Positions 40,346 to 49,747 of a stretch of DNA of 64,000 nt are shown one piece after another. The stretch is from NCBI GenBank assembly GCA_050633245.1, contig JBOEGD010000011.1, positions 396,985 through 460,984 of the forward strand. The letters run 5' to 3'. The position numbers and the translations under genes are program-made. The DNA is from Calditrichia bacterium. Lineage in GTDB: Bacteria; Calditrichota; Calditrichia; RBG-13-44-9; J075. Under the pieces are notes generated by a model. It was given only the letters and a program-made list of their open reading frames with translations, was not told where the DNA came from and searched no databases. Position 1 is the first letter of the stretch. Each line of letters begins with the position of its first letter.

Positions 40346-40705
40346 TTAAATGAATTGATTGAAAAAAAATGCAACCTTCAGTGCTAACAAATTGCAAACT
40401 CCAACTTGCGAGACACCCGCCATAATTCCCGTTATAAGTCGCATTCCGTTTGTACTCAAGCGTTTGCCAAGGGCCTGAGTGGTCCCATCAATTACCAACG
40501 GTAAATGCAGAAAAAGGAGAACTGAAAGTGGCAGGGTTAAAATATCGAAAATAAAAAATGGATAAGTCAAACAACCGACTAATAGCCCTGAGCAGCGTGC
40601 GCATAATGGTAGTTGCTTTCCTCGGAAGAAGAATGATCGTTCGGGTAATCGATGACAAGAGGTTAACATTAAACTCTTTCCAAATGATTTTATGTTCTTA
40701 TTCAT
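40346..40705 (-). CDS. DUF2085 membrane protein
   Basis: CHRLPERSF...LPLCARCSG...PLVIDGTTQ...STNGMRLITG. Confidence 0.85.
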   Translation of the reverse strand: MNKNIKSFGKSLMLTSCHRLPERSFFFRGKQLPLCARCSGLLVGCLTYPFFIFDILTLPLSVLLFLHLPLVIDGTTQALGKRLSTNGMRLITGIMAGVSQVGVCNLLALKVAFFFNQFI

Positions 40706-40822
40706 TACGCGATTTACCTAAAATCTTATAATTGAGACACATTTATTATAGACTATAGTAAAAAGACATCACAATATTGAATTATATTTAGACAAGACAA
40801 TTAAGTATATGTCTTTACGTAC

Positions 40823-41314
40823 TCATCGGAGCATTAGCAGCCGAATAAGAATATTTATTACGAACAACACGATATAAAATGTGCAAACCTGGCTTGCTTT
40901 TTTTGGATAACTTTTTTGCCAATCGAAATATTTATAAATACCATAAGGCACACAGAAAAAAGAACAGACCCACTCATCCGAGGTCATTCCTTCTTCAGCA
41001 TTTACTTCCTCACTACCGTTTTCCGGGAGTGGTGTCTCAAAAGAATGACTTGATTCGGAACCAACTCCATTTATCCCGAGATCACCACCTTTGACACTCA
41101 AGTTGATTTGCTCAGAATCCCGGATAATCGTGAGGTTAATTTCAGCTCTGTCTTTGTTGTTTTCAAATAATGTCTTCAAGTATCCAACGTCGCCATTCAG
41201 GAAAAGCCCATCATAAGTTAAAATAATGTCGCCAATCTTTAAACCAACAGTTTCAGCCTCAGAATTTGAATCGATTTGTGTAACTACAACTCCATTCACA
41301 TTATGTTCTGACAT
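40823..41314 (-). CDS. PDZ domain protein with C-terminal membrane hairpin
   Basis: GVVVTQI...AETVGLKIGDIILTYDG PDZ motif; C-terminal FFCVPYGIY...PKKA...hydrophobic helix. Confidence 0.75.
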   Translation of the reverse strand: MSEHNVNGVVVTQIDSNSEAETVGLKIGDIILTYDGLFLNGDVGYLKTLFENNKDRAEINLTIIRDSEQINLSVKGGDLGINGVGSESSHSFETPLPENGSEEVNAEEGMTSDEWVCSFFCVPYGIYKYFDWQKSYPKKASQVCTFYIVLFVINILIRLLMLR

Positions 41315-41657
41315 TTCACTGCTCTCCAGTCTTAAATTCTATGTATTTGATACTTAAACAGTTATTGGGTTCACAAAACACACAGTTGGATTGAACCATT
41401 CGACAAACTAATCTCCGGCTATATCCTAATATAATTAGAGCTAGAATCGGCGTTGAAAATGTATGTATAGGATATGGTGATTTTGCATTGACTCGACGTT
41501 CAGTCAACCAAAATCTACATCCAACAACGCCAGTTTCAAACGTGTCTAAATTATTTGAGGAATTTATACAACTATTTTTAGGAAATTGTTTTAATATATG
41601 AAATGTGTTTGACCAATGAAAGGATATGCTGTTTAATAAGAGTTGTAGCTTTTATTT

Positions 41658-42518
41658 TTACCGGGAAGAGGGGAGAGGCTTTACGGAATAGCCGGCTTTT
41701 TGCAGAAGTTTGATCACACCGGTTTTTCCCGGCAAATGCCCTGCACCAACGGCAATAAAGCTTGACTCTTCTGCAATAAAGTTTTCGATGAGCGGGATCC
41801 AATTGCGATTGCGCTTTACTAAAATGGCTTCATTGAATTCAGCCATATCTTCTTCTTCGATAGAGGCTTTTCGCAAGCCGTTTAGATCCCCAGCAAGATA
41901 GAGGCGCACTAAATTCGCGAATTGACGTCGTTGATCGTTCAGGTCCATCGCAAATTCGGTCATCAACTCGGCGTATTTTTCCTGCGTTAGCTCTTCCAGT
42001 GCAGCAAACTGCTGTGCAGCCGTCTCAAGCTCAAGAACATCAATGCCTCTCTTGTTGGCTCTTTCAAGAAAGACCATTTCATAACTCTTAACCGGTTCGC
42101 CAACGAGCTTGGGCAAAACAGACATCACAACAAAGAACGGCTTGATCCGATTCATCTGGTTCAGATCAATGCTAAAGCTATCAGAAAAAACCTTTGCAAC
42201 GGAGCTAAAATCATCCCCGAGTAAAGATTGCAGCGTTTTATCGTCCGTAAGCAGCATGGAGGCCATCGCTGCCTGCTGCACAGCCGGGCTTTGAGGGTTC
42301 AGTTCAAGAACCAGCTGATCTGAAGCAGCAAGCGCTGCTTCAGCATTTTCTTTTAGAATAAACTTCGATTCACCAATCATGTGAACCGTGCCAAAGAGAT
42401 AGGAAGGCTGTTCAAGCTTTTCATGGGATATTTCCCAGAGCAGTGACTTTGGAGCAGAGCAGCCGGCACCGAGCCCCAACAAAGCGGCAGAAAAGAGTAG
42501 AGATTTTAAGAAGCGCAT
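41658..42518 (-). CDS. TraB/GumN (Tiki-like) family lipoprotein
   Basis: Lipobox GAGC; LLWEI...SYLFGTVH, LET..QQ, RNRNW, FIAVGAGHL. Confidence 0.9.
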   Translation of the reverse strand: MRFLKSLLFSAALLGLGAGCSAPKSLLWEISHEKLEQPSYLFGTVHMIGESKFILKENAEAALAASDQLVLELNPQSPAVQQAAMASMLLTDDKTLQSLLGDDFSSVAKVFSDSFSIDLNQMNRIKPFFVVMSVLPKLVGEPVKSYEMVFLERANKRGIDVLELETAAQQFAALEELTQEKYAELMTEFAMDLNDQRRQFANLVRLYLAGDLNGLRKASIEEEDMAEFNEAILVKRNRNWIPLIENFIAEESSFIAVGAGHLPGKTGVIKLLQKAGYSVKPLPSSR

Positions 42519-42533
42519 AGAATGTCCCGATAT

Positions 42534-42830
42534 TTAGAACACCACCAGATAAACCGCAATAAGCGTTAGAAGGACAGAGCCTGAAACCCCGCCGATCCAG
42601 ATCGCCTTTTTCTGTGGCACCTCACCGGAAGCATTCTTTAAGCCAAGGAGCGAAACGCTGATTAAGCCAAAGGCACTTCCAATAAAGAAACCAAGAACAA
42701 GTGCTATAAGCAAAATCACAGACAGGATTTCCCAGAAGTATCCGGTATTGTGAATCGGCCTTGCCAACGCAATACCCGTAAAATCAATCACAAGAAGAAT
42801 ACAGAATAATCGTTGAAATTTCCTATTCAT
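42534..42830 (-). CDS. Small hypothetical membrane protein
   Basis: Three hydrophobic segments; abuts the gcvT stop. Confidence 0.6.
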   Translation of the reverse strand: MNRKFQRLFCILLVIDFTGIALARPIHNTGYFWEILSVILLIALVLGFFIGSAFGLISVSLLGLKNASGEVPQKKAIWIGGVSGSVLLTLIAVYLVVF

Positions 42831-43913
42831 TTATTCAACAAAGGGAGTTTTTACGATTGTTGCCGGTGCTGTTCTGCCACGTGCTTCTATCTTAATGGCG
42901 GTGTCTTCAGCAGCCAACTCTTTGGGAACGTAAGCCAAGCCGATATTCTGCTCAAGAATTGGAGAAAAACAGCCGCTGGTTACCTGTCCAACCACCTCAC
43001 CATTGTGAAGCACATTGTATCCTGTTCGTGGAATCATGCGACCATCAATAACAAAACCAGCCAGCTTGCGGGTAATACCCGCCTCTTTAACTGCCTGAAG
43101 CGCCTCACGGCCAATAAAATCGCCTTTTTTCAGCTTGGTGATCCAGCCAAGTCCGGCCTCATAGGTATTGGTTGTTTCATCAATGTCATTGCCATATAAG
43201 CAGTATTTTTTCTCGAGTCTTAATGAATCGCGTGCGCCCAAGCCGATCGGAGCAATATCAAACTCGGCTCCAGCCTCAAAGATCTTTTCCCAAACGGCTT
43301 CGGATTCCTCACGTGGAAAGTAGAGTTCAAATCCCGGCTCTCCGGTATAGCCGGTGCAGGAAATAATCATTTCAACACCTGCAAGCTTGCCTTCTACAAA
43401 GCGGTAGAACTTTATTTCAGATAAATCGATATCTGTCAACTTTTGAAGCGTTGCCGTTGCATCTTTACCCTGCACTGCCAGCTGACTGATGTCATCGCTA
43501 ATATCGACAAACTCAACACCGTCTTTGGCGTGCTGTTTCATCCAGGCCACGTCTTTTTCGATATTCGAGGCATTAATTACCAGCAAAAGCTCGCCTTCCT
43601 TGCGGTTATAAACGATTAGATCATCTATGATGCCACCATTCTCAAGACACATTGCGTTATACTGTGCCTGCCCGATTACCGTTTTTGCCACGTTATTGGT
43701 GACAAGATTGTTTACAACATCTATAGCATTAGCACCTCTGGCCAACACTTCCCCCATATGCGAGACATCGAATACTCCAACGGTTGAGCGAACCCGTTTG
43801 TGTTCTTCAAGTATACTGGAATATTGAATGGGCATTTCGTATCCGGCGAAGGAAACCATTTTACCACCGTGCTTAACGTGTAAATCATAAAAGGCTGTGT
43901 GCTTAAGGGTCAT
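42831..43913 (-). CDS. gcvT: Glycine cleavage system aminomethyltransferase T
   Basis: FAGYEMPIQY, FDVSHMGE, GGIIDDL, TGYTGEPGFE, GLGARDSLRLE, LYGND. Confidence 0.97.
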   Translation of the reverse strand: MTLKHTAFYDLHVKHGGKMVSFAGYEMPIQYSSILEEHKRVRSTVGVFDVSHMGEVLARGANAIDVVNNLVTNNVAKTVIGQAQYNAMCLENGGIIDDLIVYNRKEGELLLVINASNIEKDVAWMKQHAKDGVEFVDISDDISQLAVQGKDATATLQKLTDIDLSEIKFYRFVEGKLAGVEMIISCTGYTGEPGFELYFPREESEAVWEKIFEAGAEFDIAPIGLGARDSLRLEKKYCLYGNDIDETTNTYEAGLGWITKLKKGDFIGREALQAVKEAGITRKLAGFVIDGRMIPRTGYNVLHNGEVVGQVTSGCFSPILEQNIGLAYVPKELAAEDTAIKIEARGRTAPATIVKTPFVE

Positions 43914-44009
43914 AAGTGATGCTCCAGGATATTAAGATGTGTTGAACAGGACGTCTCAACTAACAATATTGAATAAAGATAATCTATAGTTTGCTGCAAA
44001 CAAGGGGCT

Positions 44010-44104
44010 AAAAAAAATGACCCTTCAAACTCACCGCAAGTCTGAAGGGTCAATGTCATTGGAGGAGGCCTATGTGGGAGGAAACTTTCGTTTCCAATAG
44101 ACTA
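44010..44104 (-). ncRNA. Candidate small RNA with intrinsic terminator
   Basis: Minus strand: GUCUAU/AUAGGC stem enclosing GGAAAC-GAAA-GUUUCC, a CCUCCUCC linker, then UGACCCUUCA...UGAAGGGUCA plus U8 terminator. Confidence 0.5.
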
Positions 44105-44110
44105 ACTACA

Positions 44111-44137
44111 TCATCGCCGGGTATATAAAATACTTTA
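44111..44137 (-). promoter_or_regulatory. Sigma28 (FliA)-like promoter
   Basis: TAAA-N15-GGCGATGA versus consensus TAAA-N15-GCCGATAA. Confidence 0.45.
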
Positions 44138-44306
44138 GGAAAAAAATGAATATTTTTAACTTTTTTTGTTAAACCGCGTATTTATGGGGTTTGTAATGGT
44201 ATTTTGCCTGAGATTATAATTCCTATGCCAGTTGCAATTATAGTGACTTTTCCAGTATATTCCGACCGACCCTTAACACGGTAACATTGAATAGGAGAAA
44301 TTTTCC

Positions 44307-45554
44307 ATGAGTATATATGATTATGATGTAGTAATAGTTGGTGGCGGACCGGGCGGTGCAACAACTGCATTGTATGCCGAGCAAATGGGGCTAAAATGTC
44401 TTGTTGTAGACAAGAAGTCCTTCCCGAGAGACAAAATTTGTGGTGACGCGCTGTCTGGTAAGGCAGTAGTTTATTTGCGCGAGCTGGGCTTGATTGAAGA
44501 ATTAGAGAAAAATGATCAGGTTCCGGTCCACGGCGTTATTTTCTCAGCTCCCAACCACAAAGCAATCGATATTCCATTCGACCCTAACAACAAGGCTAAA
44601 GCACCGGGCTATGTGTGTCGTCGTACTGTGTTTGATAATCTTCTATTTCAGGCCGCTAAAAAGAAAGTTGATACAATTGAGGACTTTACGGTAAAAGACC
44701 TCATAAAAAAGGGTGACCAGGTAATGGGGATCCGTGGAACCAGCAAAGATGGTAAAGAGCTTCAGTTTACCGCCAAGGTGGTAATCGGCGCTGATGGTTT
44801 TAGCTCGATGGTTGCCAGGAAAACCGGTCTGTACAAGCACGATCCCAGACATTTATTGGTCGCAACCCGCGCATACTATCGCAATGTGCATGAAATGAAA
44901 GACTCTATTGAGTTGCATTATGTCGAAGAAGTCATTCCCGGTTACTTCTGGATTTTCCCGCTCGAAAATGGCTATGTGAACGTGGGGATCGGCATGGTTC
45001 ACAAATATTTGAAGCAGCGCAATGTAGATCTTCGCACTGCTCACGTTGCCGCGACTGAAAGTGATGCATTTAAGCATCGCTTTAAGGATGCCGAGCTGGT
45101 TGGCGATATTGTTGCCTGGAACCTGCCGGTAGGCAGCACACGTCGTAAGGCGTATGGAGATGGTTTCCTTCTAATCGGTGATGCCGCCGGTCTGATCGAT
45201 CCGTTTACCGGTGAAGGTATCGGCAATGCCATGTGTTCTGGCAAGATTGCTGCAGAAGTTCTGACAGAAGTCTGCAAGGGTAGTGACTATACTGAAAAGA
45301 CCCTGAGTGAATATCAGGATCGAATCTGGAAGAGACTTGGCGCCGAAATGACTCTGTCCTACAATTTGCAGCGAGTGGGCAAACACAAGTCGCTTGTTAA
45401 TCTGGTAGTAGGTAAAGCAGCAAAGAGCCCTGATGTTTCACTTTGGATCTCCGATATGATGGCAGGACGACATACCAAAAAAGCTCTTCTGAATCCGGCA
45501 ACCTATTTCAAGCTCTTGACGAATCGTAAAATCAACTCTGTCTCAAACAGTTAG
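44307..45554 (+). CDS. Geranylgeranyl reductase family FAD oxidoreductase
   Basis: DVVIVGGGPGG, FPRDKICGD, GYFWIFP, GDAAGLIDPFTGEGI. Confidence 0.9.
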   Translation: MSIYDYDVVIVGGGPGGATTALYAEQMGLKCLVVDKKSFPRDKICGDALSGKAVVYLRELGLIEELEKNDQVPVHGVIFSAPNHKAIDIPFDPNNKAKAPGYVCRRTVFDNLLFQAAKKKVDTIEDFTVKDLIKKGDQVMGIRGTSKDGKELQFTAKVVIGADGFSSMVARKTGLYKHDPRHLLVATRAYYRNVHEMKDSIELHYVEEVIPGYFWIFPLENGYVNVGIGMVHKYLKQRNVDLRTAHVAATESDAFKHRFKDAELVGDIVAWNLPVGSTRRKAYGDGFLLIGDAAGLIDPFTGEGIGNAMCSGKIAAEVLTEVCKGSDYTEKTLSEYQDRIWKRLGAEMTLSYNLQRVGKHKSLVNLVVGKAAKSPDVSLWISDMMAGRHTKKALLNPATYFKLLTNRKINSVSNS

Positions 45555-45586
45555 TCTTGAGCAGCATAAAGAACTGTAGTGAAAAT

Positions 45587-46498
45587 ATGAAAATTGTTAT
45601 ATCCGGAGCCACGGGGATGTTGGGACGTCCGCTCTGTGCTGCTCTTCTGAAAGATGGCTATGAGATCGTCGCTCTTTCGCGCAGTGCATCAAGTGCTCAG
45701 CGGAAGCTGGGATCAGATGTAACCTGTCTTGAATGGGACGGAAAAAGAGTAGGGGAGTGGGCATCTGCAGTTGATGGCGCAACCGGCGTTATCAATCTTG
45801 CTGGAGAGAACATTGCAGGTGCGCGCTGGACGGAAAGCTACAAGAAACGTATTATTGACAGCAGGGTAAATGCCGGTAATGCAATAAGTGAAGCAATACT
45901 GATGGCTAAGGCTAAGCCGGATTTCTTAATTCAGGCTTCAGCCACGGGATATTATGGCCACCGCAATGACGAAGTTCTCGATGAGTCCTCTACACTGGGA
46001 GATACGTTTCTGGCTGAGGTTGTGGACAAGTGGGAAAAGTCTATCGCTGCGTTAGAAAATGAGCCCGTTCGCATTGTATTTCCACGCATTGGAGTGGTAG
46101 TAGGAAAAGAAGGCGGCATTGTTGAGAAAATGAAGCTGCCGTTTCAGCTATTTGTCGGTGGGCCTCCGGGGAGCGGTAAACAGTGGATTTCCTGGATTCA
46201 CATCACAGATGTGGTAAACGCCATTCGCTTCCTGGCAAAAACATCCTCAACAGCGGGATACTATAATCTTACAGCTCCGAATCCGGTACGCATGAACGAA
46301 TTTTGTAAAGCTTTTGGTGCAGCACTGGGGAGACCTTCATGGATGCCGGTTCCAGCTTTTGCGCTAAAGCTTGCCCTACAGCAAATGGCAGAAGAAACCG
46401 CGCTGATTAGTCAACGCATCCAACCAACCAGGCTTCTGACTGCCGGTTTCAACTTCAGCTTTCCGGATATAACCAAAGCTCTTAATGATCAACTATAA
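45587..46498 (+). CDS. TIGR01777/YfcH-family NAD-dependent epimerase
   Basis: SGATGMLG, INLAGE, ASATGYYG, GSGKQWISWIH, NLTAPNPV; start moved to ATG 45587. Confidence 0.92.
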   Translation: MKIVISGATGMLGRPLCAALLKDGYEIVALSRSASSAQRKLGSDVTCLEWDGKRVGEWASAVDGATGVINLAGENIAGARWTESYKKRIIDSRVNAGNAISEAILMAKAKPDFLIQASATGYYGHRNDEVLDESSTLGDTFLAEVVDKWEKSIAALENEPVRIVFPRIGVVVGKEGGIVEKMKLPFQLFVGGPPGSGKQWISWIHITDVVNAIRFLAKTSSTAGYYNLTAPNPVRMNEFCKAFGAALGRPSWMPVPAFALKLALQQMAEETALISQRIQPTRLLTAGFNFSFPDITKALNDQL

Positions 46499-46543
46499 CA
46501 ATACGATAATATAATAAAAGAATTTTTTAAGGAGAGATCTGCA

Positions 46544-47548
46544 ATGGCTTATGATGTTGTTTCAATTCCCGGTGATGGTATCGGACCGGAAGTTTCAAAT
46601 GCTACTCGCCGGGTAGTCGATGCAACCGGAGTTAATATAAACTGGCATGAGTACCCTGCCGGCGCAGCCTGTATCGAGTCTCATGGCAAACCTTTGCCAG
46701 ACGAAACGGTAGATGCCATTCGCAAATATAAAATCGGCCTTAAAGGTCCGGTGGCTACGCCGATCGGTACAGGCTTTCGTTCTGTGAACGTTGAACTGCG
46801 TAAGCAGCTTGATTTGTTCGCCAATTTTCGCCCGGCCCTATCCGTGAAAGGCATTAAGTGCCGCTATCAAAATGTGGATCTTATCGTGATTCGCGAAAAC
46901 ACAGAAGGTCTGTATAGCGGTCTGGAACACGAAGTTGTTCCCGGCGTTGTGGAAAGCCAGCGGATTATTACGCAGGTCAATTCCGAGCGCATTGTCGATG
47001 CAGCGTTTCGCGTTGCTACAAATCTGAATCGCAAGAAGGTAACTGCTGTTCATAAGGCGAATATTCTTAAACTTAGTGACGGTCTGTTTCTAAATGTAGC
47101 AAGAGAAGTAGCAAAGAAATACCCGGATATTGAATACGATGAAGCAATTGTTGATGCAACTGCTATGAAGTTGGTTCAGGATCCTTCACAATTCGACGTA
47201 ATGGTTATGGAAAACCTGTTTGGTGACATTATCTCAGATCTTACCAGTGGTCTTATCGGTGGACTTGGTGTTGCGCCCAGTGCAAATATCGGAACCGATT
47301 ATGCGGTATTTGAAGCTGTTCACGGTAGTGCACCGGATATCGCCGGTAAGGGAATTGCTAATCCTACCGCGCTTACGATCTCCGCTTCATTAATGCTGAA
47401 GCACCTCGGCGAAACAGATGCAGCGGACAGAGTACGCAATGCCGTTAATACGGTAATAGGCGAAGGAACATCTGTTACTCCTGATTTGGGTGGAACGGCC
47501 AATACAGATGAATATGTCGACGCACTCATCAAGGAGATTCAGTCTTAA
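46544..47548 (+). CDS. icd: Isocitrate/isopropylmalate dehydrogenase family, probably NAD-dependent IDH
   Basis: PGDGIGPE, KGP...GFRSVNVELR, RENTEG, VHKANI, NLFGDIISD, HGSAPDIAG. Confidence 0.8.
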   Translation: MAYDVVSIPGDGIGPEVSNATRRVVDATGVNINWHEYPAGAACIESHGKPLPDETVDAIRKYKIGLKGPVATPIGTGFRSVNVELRKQLDLFANFRPALSVKGIKCRYQNVDLIVIRENTEGLYSGLEHEVVPGVVESQRIITQVNSERIVDAAFRVATNLNRKKVTAVHKANILKLSDGLFLNVAREVAKKYPDIEYDEAIVDATAMKLVQDPSQFDVMVMENLFGDIISDLTSGLIGGLGVAPSANIGTDYAVFEAVHGSAPDIAGKGIANPTALTISASLMLKHLGETDAADRVRNAVNTVIGEGTSVTPDLGGTANTDEYVDALIKEIQS

Positions 47549-47621
47549 TTCTTAGTTGAGGCTTGAAAATAGCGACCCTTTCCATTATCTTACTTTGTGA
47601 ATGGAAACACAAGGAGCCATT

Positions 47622-48101
47622 ATGTTGTCCGTAACGGACTTTATTGATACATGCAGAGAAATTGGTTTAAACGTAACGTATCAGCGGATTTTGATCTACA
47701 AATCACTGATCAAAACGCGGAGCCATCCAACGGCAGAGGAAATCTATTCAGATGTAAAGCTCGAATATCCTTCAATTTCGCTTGCGACCGTTTATAAAAC
47801 ACTCGAGACGCTAGCTGAGAATAAGCTGATTGGCAAGGTAACACCGCTGCATGATTTAGCTCGTTACGACGGAGATACCGAGCCGCATCATCACCTTGTA
47901 TGTCTTGAATGTCGTGGTGTTAGCGACATTCATGATCCGTCCTTAAATAAGATTCCACTGCCTGAGCAAGAGGGGTTTACAGCTCAAAGCTATCGGATTC
48001 AGTTTGAAGGGATTTGTCAGGACTGTCAGAATGCTATAGACGCAGAAAAAAAGCGCCTGGAAAGTGGAAATATGACCTTCTGTGGCAAGGCTAAGAACTA
48101 G
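47622..48101 (+). CDS. perR: Fur-family regulator, PerR-like
   Basis: HPTAEEIY, SLATVYKTL, RYD...HHHLVCLECRGVSD (Asp at the PerR-type position), CQDC; RBS AAGGAG; TTGAAA-17-TATCTT promoter at 47563-47591. Confidence 0.75.
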   Translation: MLSVTDFIDTCREIGLNVTYQRILIYKSLIKTRSHPTAEEIYSDVKLEYPSISLATVYKTLETLAENKLIGKVTPLHDLARYDGDTEPHHHLVCLECRGVSDIHDPSLNKIPLPEQEGFTAQSYRIQFEGICQDCQNAIDAEKKRLESGNMTFCGKAKN

Positions 48102-48129
48102 AAACACATGATATATTAGATTTTATTTG

Positions 48130-48166
48130 AAAGCCGCCTGCTCGTCTTATCGGGTGGCGGCTTTTT
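48130..48166 (+). terminator. Intrinsic terminator after the perR-like gene
   Basis: AAAGCCGCC...GGCGGCTTTTT. Confidence 0.8.
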
Positions 48167-48242
48167 GTATGCAAAAAATTCACTTGCATCAGCCATCATT
48201 CCTCCTTAACTACATCTCTTTCGGATCAGCAAAGGAACCACT

Positions 48243-49226
48243 ATGAGAGCTATTTTAGTTAAAGAACCGGGCACAGCAGAAGAACTCGTTATGCGAGATT
48301 TTCCGACGCCAGAGCCCGGTAGCGACGAGCTGCTTGTTCGCGTAAAAGCAACCGCCTTGAACCGGGCAGATATTCTCCAACGTGAAGGACGCTACAGCCC
48401 ACCGCAGGGCGCAAGCCCTATTCTAGGTCTCGAAATGGCTGGCATCGTCGAACAGGTTGGTCCCAAGTGCTCCGGTTGGCACAAAGGAGACCGCGTTTGC
48501 GCTCTACTGCCTGGAGGCGGTTATGCTCAATATGTTACTGTGCCGGCACGCATGGCCATCCCGGTTCCGGAGAACTTTAGTTTTGAAGATGCCGCAGCCA
48601 TTCCCGAGGTGTTTTTAACTGCATATCAGGCATTATTCTGGTTGGGGAAACTGAAACGAGATGAGCACGTATTGATTCACGCCGGTGCAAGTGGTGTGGG
48701 AACGGCCGCAATTCAGCTGGTTCGCAACAGCGGGTCGATGGCAATTGTTACTGCCGGGTCAGATGAAAAATTGCAGTTTTGTCGTGACCTCGGTGCAAGC
48801 GTGGCCATTAACTATCGCAATGAAGAATTTCCGGAAAAGGTTCTCGATACCACAAACGGGCTGGGCGTTAATCTGATCTTGGACTGTGTTGGTGCATCTT
48901 ACTGGGAAAAGAATATGGAGTCGATTGCCGTTGATGGTCGAGTTGTTCTAATTGCGACAATGGGGGGAGCCAAGATTGATGACTTTGATCTGCTCAATAT
49001 TCTTCGGAAGAGAATCCATCTGCTCGGAACCACTTTACGTGCGCGTAGCCGTGAGTATAAGATAGACCTGACCTCTGCATTTGTGCGCAATATTCTACCG
49101 GGCTTTGCAGATGGCCTATATAAGCCGGTAGTGGACTCTGTTTATAACTGGACGGAAGTTCGCAACGCACATATTTACATGGAAGAGAACAAGAACAAAG
49201 GCAAAATTGTACTAACGGTGGACTAG
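48243..49226 (+). CDS. NAD(P)H-quinone oxidoreductase, PIG3 family
   Basis: ALNRAD, GLEMAG, GGGYA, PEVFLTA, HAGASGVG, GTTLRAR, GKIVL. Confidence 0.92.
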   Translation: MRAILVKEPGTAEELVMRDFPTPEPGSDELLVRVKATALNRADILQREGRYSPPQGASPILGLEMAGIVEQVGPKCSGWHKGDRVCALLPGGGYAQYVTVPARMAIPVPENFSFEDAAAIPEVFLTAYQALFWLGKLKRDEHVLIHAGASGVGTAAIQLVRNSGSMAIVTAGSDEKLQFCRDLGASVAINYRNEEFPEKVLDTTNGLGVNLILDCVGASYWEKNMESIAVDGRVVLIATMGGAKIDDFDLLNILRKRIHLLGTTLRARSREYKIDLTSAFVRNILPGFADGLYKPVVDSVYNWTEVRNAHIYMEENKNKGKIVLTVD

Positions 49227-49228
49227 AA

Positions 49229-49747
49229 ATGGAAAGAACTGCAGACGAGTGGATCAATTTGTTGAGACTGTCTAAGCATCCTGAAGGTGGATATTTTAAG
49301 GAAGTCTATCGCTCTGATGGTGGCGTTGAGATGTCTGCATTACCGAAGCGCTATGGAATGCGAGGGCGTCGCTCATTCTGTACCTCGATTTATTACTTGC
49401 TAAAATCTGAAGAATTTTCGGCTCTCCATCGCTTGCGATCGGATGAGACCTGGCATTTCTACGCCGGGAGTCCATTAAAAATCAGTATTCTTTCGGCAGC
49501 CGGTGTACATAGTGAAGTGTTTTTAGGAAATGATCCGCTCAACAATCAGAACTTGCAGGCCGTCATTCCACATAATCATTGGTTTGGTGCAAAGGTTATA
49601 CAAACCGGCGGCTTTACACTCGCCGGCTGTACTGTATCACCAGGATTTGACTTTAAAGATTTCGAAATGGGGGAGAGGGGTAAACTTTTAAAACGTTTCC
49701 CCGATCACGCGACACTTATTGAAGCACTGACTCACGAGCCCGAATAA
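49229..49747 (+). CDS. Cupin_5 (DUF985) protein
   Basis: HPEGGYF, TSIYYLL, HRLRSDETWHFYAG, GCTVSPGFDF. Confidence 0.92.
   Translation: MERTADEWINLLRLSKHPEGGYFKEVYRSDGGVEMSALPKRYGMRGRRSFCTSIYYLLKSEEFSALHRLRSDETWHFYAGSPLKISILSAAGVHSEVFLGNDPLNNQNLQAVIPHNHWFGAKVIQTGGFTLAGCTVSPGFDFKDFEMGERGKLLKRFPDHATLIEALTHEPE

Noticed and set aside
43914-44110. Glycine riboswitch upstream of gcvT
   Set aside because: Conserved GGAGA...CCGAAG...CUCUCAGG aptamer elements are not present on the minus strand
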